Assembly: GCA_016187745.1 (NCBI GenBank)
Contig: JACPJC010000003.1
Span: 56,393-120,392 of the forward strand
Direction: 5' to 3'
Origin: Candidatus Iainarchaeum sp.
GTDB taxonomy: Archaea > Iainarchaeota > Iainarchaeia > Iainarchaeales > JAXPJC01
Length of the DNA: 64,000 bases
Shown: positions 56,867 through 64,000 of the stretch, one piece after another
How positions within the stretch are numbered: the stretch's first letter is position 1
Layout of the letters: each line of letters begins with the position of its first letter
Notes under the pieces: generated by a model
What the model saw: only the letters and a program-made list of their open reading frames with translations
Databases searched by the model: none
What the model was told of the DNA's origin: nothing
Made by a program: the position numbers and the translations under genes

Positions 56867-57592
56867 TTATTTTATAAGCGCAATGAATATTTCCTGCCAG
56901 AACTGCTCCTGCCACATGTTGATTTTGTTTTTGTTTGTAAGGAAAAGGCAGGGGATGAATGTTTCAATAATCCCAATCGCATCCTTTCCAGAAACAAGCC
57001 TTGAGAAAAGCACCAGCCCCTGGGAGTCTGCCATATCTTTTATGAGAGCATAAGTGCTTTCAATCTTTTCAGCCATTGTTGCCTCATCGCTGTAATTTAT
57101 CGCGAATTCAACAGGCTTAAGCTCCTTTGCAAAAAGGGATTTTGTTTTCTTGCTCTTTGAGAGCATTGCATCAATTGTTTCAACAAGCTCTTCCAATGAA
57201 ATTTTCCCTTCCCTCATGCGCCTTGGGGTCCTTAATTCAGGAATGAAACGCTGCATCAGCTTCTCTTCAGGGGTTAATTCCCTCAGCTCATCCTCTTCCT
57301 CCTCAATGCTGCTTAATTTAAGCACCCTTGCCTTCAGCTTAAGGAGAATTGCGCTTGCAAGTATTGCATTTGCAGGAAACCTCAAATCAAGCCTGCTAAG
57401 GGTGGAAATTTTCTGGAGGTATTTGTCCGCGAGGGCGCATATGTCAATGTCCCAGGGGTCCATCTGCTCTGTCCTTATCAAATCAAGCAGCATGGATTTC
57501 CATTCGGGCGCGTGAATTAATTCAACCAAATCAACTGGCTTCTGCGCAACCTGCGCTTCAGCAGTTTCCTGCAAATCCATGTGCTCCTGCAT
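56867..57592 (-). CDS. scpA: segregation/condensation protein A (kleisin)
   Basis: MDPWDIDI, AILLKLKA, QEQFWQEIFI. Confidence 0.9.
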   Translation of the reverse strand: MQEHMDLQETAEAQVAQKPVDLVELIHAPEWKSMLLDLIRTEQMDPWDIDICALADKYLQKISTLSRLDLRFPANAILASAILLKLKARVLKLSSIEEEEDELRELTPEEKLMQRFIPELRTPRRMREGKISLEELVETIDAMLSKSKKTKSLFAKELKPVEFAINYSDEATMAEKIESTYALIKDMADSQGLVLFSRLVSGKDAIGIIETFIPCLFLTNKNKINMWQEQFWQEIFIALIK

Positions 57593-57624
57593 GCAATAAA
57601 TTAGGATTGAGGAGTATTTAAACC

Positions 57625-58878
57625 TTAAGTCCCTTCCTGCCATGAGGAGAGGTATTTCTTCTGCTCCGCTGTAAGCACATCCCTCTTTATGCCTGTTGCC
57701 TGCAACTGCAGTTCCGCGATTTCCCCATCAACTTCCTCAGGCAATACATGCACTCCTGCATTCAGCTTGCCCTTGTTTTTTATCCCATACTCGACAGCAA
57801 GCGCCTGCCCGCAGAATGAAAGCGACATCACAATGCTTGGATGCCCCTCGGCAGCAGCGAGGTTAACCAGCCTTCCCTCGGCGCATAAATAAATTTTCCT
57901 GTTGTTTGGCAGAACATACTCGTCCAATTGCCAGCGAATCCTGCGCTTTGATTTCGCGATTTTTTCAAGGCCTGCAACATCAATTTCCACATCAAAATGC
58001 CCTGAATTCGCAAGAATTGCTCCGGATTTCATTTCCCTCATATGTTCAGTGCGGAGGGCGTGCTTGTCGCCTGTTACTGTTACGAAAATATCCCCTATTT
58101 TTGAAGCTTCCTCAATTGGCATTACCCTGTAGCCGTCTGTTGCTGCCTGAAGCGCCTTTATGGGCTCCACTTCGCACACAATCACATTTGCGCCCATTCC
58201 GCTGGCGCGCAGAGCAACTCCCTTTCCGCATGAGCCATAGCCTATAACAACAAAAATCCTGCCCGCAATCAATACGCTTGTGGCGCGGAGTATTCCATCA
58301 ATTGTGCTCTGCCCTGTTCCGTAGAAATTATCAAAAAGATGCTTGGTTTTGTTGTCATTCACTGCAATTACAGGATATTTCAGCGCATTGTCCTTTTCCA
58401 TCGCGCGAAGGCGTATAACTCCCGTTGTTGTTTCCTCAGTTCCGACAATTAAATTCTTCAGCAATTCAGTGTGTTTTGTGTGTATTTCAGAAATCAAATC
58501 GCAGCCGTCATCAATTGTAACATTCGGCTTGAAATCCAGTACCTTGTTCAAATTATCATAATACTCTTCCTTGCTTTCGCCCTTCCACCCATAAACATTT
58601 ACGCCTTCCTTTGCGAGAGCAGCGGCAACATCATCCTGTGTTGATAAAGGATTGCAGCCTGTTATTGCGACTTCAGCGCCCCCTGCAATGAGAGTGCGGA
58701 CCAATGCGGCGGTTTCCTTTGTAACGTGCAGTGCCATTCCTATGCGCAATCCTCTTAAGGGCTTTTCCTTCGCAAAGCGCTCCTTTATCTTCAAAAGCGC
58801 GCCCATCTGGGATTCCGCCCATTCAATATTCATTGCTCCCTGTTCCGCAAGCGAGATGTCCTTTACCGCATAAGTCAT
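57625..58878 (-). CDS. ahcY: S-adenosylhomocysteine hydrolase
   Basis: CNPLSTQD, DDGCD, EETTTG, KHLFDN.YGTGQS, GHFDVEID, GRLVNL. Confidence 0.95.
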   Translation of the reverse strand: MTYAVKDISLAEQGAMNIEWAESQMGALLKIKERFAKEKPLRGLRIGMALHVTKETAALVRTLIAGGAEVAITGCNPLSTQDDVAAALAKEGVNVYGWKGESKEEYYDNLNKVLDFKPNVTIDDGCDLISEIHTKHTELLKNLIVGTEETTTGVIRLRAMEKDNALKYPVIAVNDNKTKHLFDNFYGTGQSTIDGILRATSVLIAGRIFVVIGYGSCGKGVALRASGMGANVIVCEVEPIKALQAATDGYRVMPIEEASKIGDIFVTVTGDKHALRTEHMREMKSGAILANSGHFDVEIDVAGLEKIAKSKRRIRWQLDEYVLPNNRKIYLCAEGRLVNLAAAEGHPSIVMSLSFCGQALAVEYGIKNKGKLNAGVHVLPEEVDGEIAELQLQATGIKRDVLTAEQKKYLSSWQEGT

Positions 58879-58914
58879 TCCAATTCCTCCATACAAATTC
58901 AATTTGCAAACGTT

Positions 58915-59835
58915 TTAAAACTCAACTATTTTTTTCATTTCGCCATAGCGCTTTTCAATCTCATCGTTTGTAAGCCTCTGCAGCCTGCTTAGCGAGAAGC
59001 CCTCGGCATTGAAGCTTGCAATTACGCTTGCGTAAATTATTCCCTTCCTGAAGCGCGCCTCTGAAATTTCCTTGTGGCTTGCGAAATAGCCCATCAGTGC
59101 GCCTGCAAAGCAGTCCCCGCAGCCTGTGGGATCAACAACATCCTCCAATGGATAGCCGGGGGCGGAAAAATGCGAATGGTCTGTAAATAGAAGCGCGCCA
59201 TGCTCGCCCTTCTTTATTATTGCATATTCCGAATCCAATTTTAAAATTTCCCTTGCTGCCTTAATTAAATTGTGGGTATTGAAAAGCATTCTCGCTTCAG
59301 AATCATTCATCAGCGCAATGTCCGCCTTCTTCACAACTTCAAGCACCTTTTCCTTTTTTGATTTTATGTAAAAGTCCATTGTGTCTGAAACCGTGAGCTT
59401 CGGCCTTGCGCGCATCTGGGAAAGAACATCAAGCTGCTCTTCGGGAGGCACGTTCCCGAGAAATAAAAATTCTGAATCCCTGTAATTTTCAGGAAGTTTG
59501 GGCTTGAAGTCCGCGAGCACATTCAGTTCAGTTTTGAGCGTGTGCGCAACATTCACATCATACTCATACAGCCCGTTCCAGCGGAATGTTTTGCCGTTTG
59601 CTTTCTTTTCAATCCCATCAAGATTTATGCCGCGCTTCTGCAGCAGTTCCAAATGCCCCTGCGGGAAATCATCCCCTATTACGCTTACAATTCCGGGTTT
59701 TGAGAAAAATGAGGCGGCATATGAGGCATAGGACGCAGAGCCTCCGAGCGCGTTTTTCACTTCCCCGAACGGGGTTTTCACATCATCAAGGCCCATTGAG
59801 CCGATAATGACCAGATCAGGCGTTGCCATAAGCAT
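58915..59835 (-). CDS. PfkB family kinase (probably nucleoside/adenosine kinase)
   Basis: LGGSA, KKGEHGA, DPTGCGDCFAG; lies between adk and ahcY. Confidence 0.85.
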   Translation of the reverse strand: MLMATPDLVIIGSMGLDDVKTPFGEVKNALGGSASYASYAASFFSKPGIVSVIGDDFPQGHLELLQKRGINLDGIEKKANGKTFRWNGLYEYDVNVAHTLKTELNVLADFKPKLPENYRDSEFLFLGNVPPEEQLDVLSQMRARPKLTVSDTMDFYIKSKKEKVLEVVKKADIALMNDSEARMLFNTHNLIKAAREILKLDSEYAIIKKGEHGALLFTDHSHFSAPGYPLEDVVDPTGCGDCFAGALMGYFASHKEISEARFRKGIIYASVIASFNAEGFSLSRLQRLTNDEIEKRYGEMKKIVEF

Positions 59836-60489
59836 TCACTTCATGCGCTTTTCAATAATTTCCAGGACCCTTGGCATTATTTTATCCACTTCATCGCTGG
59901 CATCAATTTCAGCCAGCATGCCTTTTTTTTCATAATAATCAATGAGGGGCTTTGTTTGCCTGTCATATTCTTCCCAGCGCACTCTTATTGCAGCTTCGGT
60001 ATCATCATCCCTCTGGTATAATTCCCCCCCGCATTTGTCGCAAATTCCGGGAACTTTCGGCGGAATGTTCTTTATGTGGTAAATTGCGGCGCATTTTCTG
60101 CAGGTTCTTCTCCCGGTAAGCCTTTCAAGCAGAACTTTGTCCGAAGCTGTGAAATTCACAACCAAGTCAATTTTCATGCCGAGTTTTTTCTGCATTCCTT
60201 CAAGCAGCCTTACCTGCTCCATGCTTCTCGGATAGCCGTCAAATATGAAGCCGTTTTTGCAGTCCGCCTCCTGAATGCGCTTTTCAATAAGGGCGCTTAT
60301 CTGCTCCGGCTTTACCAGGTGCCCTGAATTTATAACGCTTTCAATTTCCCTTCCCATCGGGCTTTTCTTTGCAATCTCCTCGCGCAACAGATCTCCGGCG
60401 CTTATTTTCGGCCATTTGTATCTTTCAGCCAGGCGCGATGCGTAAGTGCCTTTTCCAACCCCCTGCTTCCCGAGAAAAATAAGATTCAT
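59836..60489 (-). CDS. adk: adenylate kinase (bacterial type, Zn lid)
   Basis: GKQGVGKGT, SAGDLLR, DGYPR, CRKC..CDKC, QRDDD. Confidence 0.93.
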   Translation of the reverse strand: MNLIFLGKQGVGKGTYASRLAERYKWPKISAGDLLREEIAKKSPMGREIESVINSGHLVKPEQISALIEKRIQEADCKNGFIFDGYPRSMEQVRLLEGMQKKLGMKIDLVVNFTASDKVLLERLTGRRTCRKCAAIYHIKNIPPKVPGICDKCGGELYQRDDDTEAAIRVRWEEYDRQTKPLIDYYEKKGMLAEIDASDEVDKIMPRVLEIIEKRMK

Positions 60490-60513
60490 AAGCCGCTCAC
60501 CAATAAAATCAAA

Positions 60514-61572
60514 TCAATAAACTTTAAAATCAAGCACGGTCTGCACTGTGCTCGCGGAAAATGGCCTTACGATGCGCTTCTGGAGGATTTTTATTTTTTT
60601 CCCGTATTTCTGCGCAATTTGCTTTATTATTGCAATTGATGCAGCATATGGATTTTCAGTCGGCCCAAAATGATAGTAATGCACAATCCCGCCCTCCTTT
60701 TTAAGCGCAATAAATGCGCTGTCCAGAAAATGCTCCGAGGTTTTCGGCATTGGCATCACAATCCTGTCGCATTTTCCTTTCAGCAGTTTTGGGGCGATTT
60801 TATTCACATCCCCTTCAATCGCCTCAACCTCATTTTCAGCATGGTTCAATGCAATGTTATCAAGCGCCTGCCTGTGCGCAAGGGGATTCAGCTCAACAGC
60901 ATATATTTTTTCAGCAAGAGGCTGCTTTTTTGCAATCACAACCGCAAAGGGGCCAACGCCTGAGAAAAATACCGCAACAGCCTCTTTGGGCTTCACAAGC
61001 CCGGCAATCCTTTTCCTTTCTGTTGAAAGCCTCGGGGAGAAAAACACATCCGCAAAATCAATCTCAAAAATGCAGCCGTGCTCCCTGTAGTGCGCGGTTT
61101 TCTGCGCCTTTCCCGCAATGAGCTCTACCTTCTGCGTGCGGTATTCCCCTGAATGCGCGCCTGCAATCCTATAAACCGATTTGAGGCCTGGATTCAGTTC
61201 AATGAGGGTTTTTCCGATCAGCCTGCCCCGCTTCTCAAGCCCTTCTGGGATTTCAATTACCGCAACATCTCCCAAAACATCAAAGCTGGAAATTAAATGT
61301 TGTAATTCTGATTTTGTGAGTTTTGCAGAAAGCGCCTCCCTGAGGCTTCTTGGCTTCTGGATGTTCTGCTCAAAATCCTTTTTTGAAATTTTTGCATTTA
61401 ATTTCACGATTTGTAATTTTTCATGCGCATTGGGCTCCCTGAGCAGCGCGAAAATCACCTTTTCATTGGCGTGAAGTGGCTTGAGCTTTCCATTCAGCAG
61501 CCTTTTCCCTACAAGCAGATTGTGCAGCTTCTGCGCATTTCGCTTCTCAATTTCTATCCCAAGTGCCCGCAT
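60514..61572 (-). CDS. Trm5/Taw2-family tRNA methyltransferase
   Basis: SFDVLGDVAVI, VFFSPRLSTER, FSGVGPF, ELNP, DRIVMP. Confidence 0.88.
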   Translation of the reverse strand: MRALGIEIEKRNAQKLHNLLVGKRLLNGKLKPLHANEKVIFALLREPNAHEKLQIVKLNAKISKKDFEQNIQKPRSLREALSAKLTKSELQHLISSFDVLGDVAVIEIPEGLEKRGRLIGKTLIELNPGLKSVYRIAGAHSGEYRTQKVELIAGKAQKTAHYREHGCIFEIDFADVFFSPRLSTERKRIAGLVKPKEAVAVFFSGVGPFAVVIAKKQPLAEKIYAVELNPLAHRQALDNIALNHAENEVEAIEGDVNKIAPKLLKGKCDRIVMPMPKTSEHFLDSAFIALKKEGGIVHYYHFGPTENPYAASIAIIKQIAQKYGKKIKILQKRIVRPFSASTVQTVLDFKVY

Positions 61573-61610
61573 AATAGATATAAAACATTAATGGATTTAA
61601 TAAATACTGT

Positions 61611-62459
61611 ATGTTTGAGGAAATTGGCCAGTTTGTTCAGCAGACCTTTGTGAACCGCCTGCAGACCGGCGGAATGTACAATTTTGTCGAGACAATAATA
61701 TATGCGCTCATACTGATTTCAATTGCGTTCTTTGTTGTTTATCCCTTCTTTGACAGGAGGAAAATAAAATTTGATTTTAAATTCGTGCTTGCCGTCCTTC
61801 CGTATGTTGTGCTGGGAAGCGCGCTGCGCGTCTTTGAGGATCTGCACCTTGTGCCGAGAAGCGTGAATCCGCTTGAAATATGGTTCTATACAATCACCCC
61901 GGGAATTTACCTTGCAATCGGAATTTTCACAATACTTGCGCTTGTCGCTTCAATTTACGCAGGCAGGAGAATGGGCTGGAATGTGCTGAATGTATTTCGC
62001 AATATCGGCATAATCGGCGCAATTCCAATACTTGCAATTGACATAATCAATTTCAAAATCCCGATCGGCGCGGTTTCATTCATTTCAATCCTGTTCCTTG
62101 CGGCGCTTGTGAGCTTTGCTGTAATGATTGCAGTTTCCGCAATAAGGAAGGGCTTTTTCACTGACAGGATGAATGCGCTTGCGCTCTTTGCGCAGATGCT
62201 GGATGCAAGCTCTACTTTCTTTGCTGTCGGCTTCCTTTCGTGCGGAGAGCAGCACCCCCTTACAAACGCGATTCTGCAAATTACGCCCGCGCTTTTCTAT
62301 GTCGTGAAGATTGCTGTTGTGCTTCTGATTTTATATTATGTTGACAAGGAGCTGAAAAACCAGAACCTCAAGGATTTCATCAAACTATTGATTATTATAT
62401 TGGGATTCGCGCCGGGAATGAGGGATGCGCTTACCGTGGCAGTAGGAACCTGCCTGTAG
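61611..62459 (+). CDS. DUF63 family archaeal membrane protein
   Basis: YNFVETIIY, LRVFED, TPGIY, QMLDASST, EQH, LGFAPGMRD. Confidence 0.85.
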   Translation: MFEEIGQFVQQTFVNRLQTGGMYNFVETIIYALILISIAFFVVYPFFDRRKIKFDFKFVLAVLPYVVLGSALRVFEDLHLVPRSVNPLEIWFYTITPGIYLAIGIFTILALVASIYAGRRMGWNVLNVFRNIGIIGAIPILAIDIINFKIPIGAVSFISILFLAALVSFAVMIAVSAIRKGFFTDRMNALALFAQMLDASSTFFAVGFLSCGEQHPLTNAILQITPALFYVVKIAVVLLILYYVDKELKNQNLKDFIKLLIIILGFAPGMRDALTVAVGTCL

Positions 62460-62471
62460 GGGGCTGTAAAA

Positions 62472-62681
62472 ATGATGCTAAGAAAACCAAGCAGTTCCAT
62501 AAGGCGTGCAAAAATGGGAAGGGACTTCCTTAAATTACAAATGGCTGAAATTGAATTGCCTGGCGGGTTTGCCAGGAGCTCGAAGAAACACGAGGCAACA
62601 CCTGCAGAAAAAGAGGATGCCCGTAAAAAAATCACGGCTATGAAAGAGCTCCTTAAAACGCTTGAAAAAGTGCGGAAGTGA
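62472..62681 (+). CDS. small basic hypothetical protein
   Basis: MMLRKPSSSIRR...; overlaps the next start. Confidence 0.5.
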   Translation: MMLRKPSSSIRRAKMGRDFLKLQMAEIELPGGFARSSKKHEATPAEKEDARKKITAMKELLKTLEKVRK

Positions 62682-63202
62682 AACCCATGCCACTGAAAAG
62701 ACCTTATAAAAAGCCGGTTCTGGAAAGAATGAAAATGTCTGAAATTAACAAGGAACTTCTACTGCAGGAGAAGGAAGTTGCCGGATGGGAAAGGCTCCAG
62801 AGGGAAACCGGGCACGTTATGGACCCTGTGGAGAAGAAGAACTTCAAGAATACTCTTGAGAATCTCAAATCAGGGCTTGGCAGGCTGAAAAATATCAAGA
62901 GCGAGGCTGACAAGATAACTGAAACGCCGCTGTCAAAATACAAAAAGAATCTTTCGCAGGAACTGTTAAAAATTGCGAAGCAATTCCGCGGCACTGGCGC
63001 AAACGGCATCAGGAGGGCCCAGCTCGGCTATTTAACGCGCGAAGAAAAGAAATTGCTGGGCGGGCTTGACAGGATGCTTGATTTCAGAAGCCAGGCGCGC
63101 AATGACTTTCAATTTAAAAAGATTGCTGAAAGCACTGCCAGAATGGAAGATTATGTGAAATATCTTAATAGGGTTATAGAAAAATACAAAGGGAAACTAT
63201 AA
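62678..63202 (+). CDS. basic hypothetical protein (MPLKRPYKKP...)
   Basis: 174-aa helical ORF. Confidence 0.55.
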   Translation: MKPMPLKRPYKKPVLERMKMSEINKELLLQEKEVAGWERLQRETGHVMDPVEKKNFKNTLENLKSGLGRLKNIKSEADKITETPLSKYKKNLSQELLKIAKQFRGTGANGIRRAQLGYLTREEKKLLGGLDRMLDFRSQARNDFQFKKIAESTARMEDYVKYLNRVIEKYKGKL

Positions 63203-63214
63203 AAGGAAGGTAAT

Positions 63215-63496
63215 ATGCCCTCAAAATACATAAATAATATTTCAAAACAACTCAGAAAAATTGAAAGGACCAGCGGAAAGGGATTCATAAAAAGAAAGAA
63301 ACTGGAGCTTCTGCTGCTCGAAAGGCGGATTTTGGGGCATGAGCAGGCCTATGCCACAAGGATGTATAAAAGGGACTGGCCAAAGCACAACCTTAGCCAG
63401 AAAAGAAGGTTGGTATTCAAGCGCTCAGCAGAGCAGAAGAAAAACCAAATCAGATATATTGACGGGCTGATAAAGGGGCTTTTTGCGGGGAAATGA
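63215..63496 (+). CDS. basic hypothetical protein (MPSKY...)
   Basis: GGAAGG SD; very K/R-rich. Confidence 0.5.
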   Translation: MPSKYINNISKQLRKIERTSGKGFIKRKKLELLLLERRILGHEQAYATRMYKRDWPKHNLSQKRRLVFKRSAEQKKNQIRYIDGLIKGLFAGK

Positions 63497-63497
63497 A

Positions 63498-64000
63498 ATG
63501 CTTTACATTATTGGAATTGGACTTAAGCCTGAGCATATTACGCTGGAGGCGCTGCGTGCGCTTGAGGAATGCGAGGATATCTACCTTGAAACATACACGA
63601 GCGCTTTTGCGGAGGGGGATTTGAAGGGGCTGAAAAAGGCGGTTGGCGGGAAGAAAATAAATTTATTGGACAGGGAACAAGTGGAAGAGGAATTTGCACA
63701 GAACATAATGCCTAATGCAAAAAATGAGGATGTTGCGCTGCTTGTTTTCGGCGCCCCGCTGTTTGCAACAACCCATGTGCAGCTGCTGATTGACGCAAAG
63801 GCGCTGAAAGTAAAAACCAGGGTTGTGCAGGGCATTTCAGTTCAGAATTTCCTTCCTGAAACAGGGCTGGATGCGTATAAATTCGGGAGGATTGCAACGA
63901 TTGTTGCGCCGGAGGAGAATTACGCGCCTGAATCATTCTATGAAATAATTGAGGGAAATTTCGCAAACGGGCTGCACACACTCTGCCTGCTTGACATAAA
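63498..64000 (+). CDS. dph5: diphthine synthase (runs off the window edge)
   Basis: Manual translation: MLYIIGIGL...YLETYTS...GAPLFATTH...TGLDAYKFGR...GLHTLCLLDI. Confidence 0.9.
   Translation, partial: MLYIIGIGLKPEHITLEALRALEECEDIYLETYTSAFAEGDLKGLKKAVGGKKINLLDREQVEEEFAQNIMPNAKNEDVALLVFGAPLFATTHVQLLIDAKALKVKTRVVQGISVQNFLPETGLDAYKFGRIATIVAPEENYAPESFYEIIEGNFANGLHTLCLLDI

Noticed and set aside
1-64000. CRISPR array, rRNA, integrase/transposase or prophage
   Set aside because: No regularly spaced repeats with unique spacers, no rRNA-like segment, and no recognisable recombinase, transposase or capsid motifs were seen

Overview
Archaeal chromosomal window. Evidence: TFB, an archaeal histone, rpS8e, Cgi121, Dph5, form III RuBisCO, an intron-containing tRNA-Ser, and many leaderless genes behind TATA boxes. 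The compact gene set and many ORFans suggest a DPANN lineage such as Iainarchaeota/Micrarchaeota (inference only). Housekeeping content: UDP-sugar/radical-SAM cluster, TyrRS, CysRS, split Hef, RNase HII, ScpA/ScpB, an oxidative-stress cluster and an AhcY-PfkB-Adk operon. The standout region is ~11.5-22 kb, a candidate polymorphic toxin system. It comprises a Cys-rich secreted protein and a 1989-aa surface protein (Ig-like repeats, Ca-binding DxDxDG repeats, CARDB domain, Gly-rich pre-toxin region, C-terminal nuclease-like tip), followed by an AT-rich array of immunity-like genes interleaved with orphan toxin-tip remnants. Other notable signals: a possible CARDB strand donated in trans by the Cys-rich partner; a short repeat shared by the tRNA-Ser intron and the 3' flank of tRNA-Leu; an intact GGDEF domain in an archaeon; a toxin-antitoxin cassette bounded by a duplication of the host gene's 3' end; and a dispersed set of ORFans with Pro/Lys/Arg-rich N-termini. 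All calls are from reading motifs by eye; no database searches were run.
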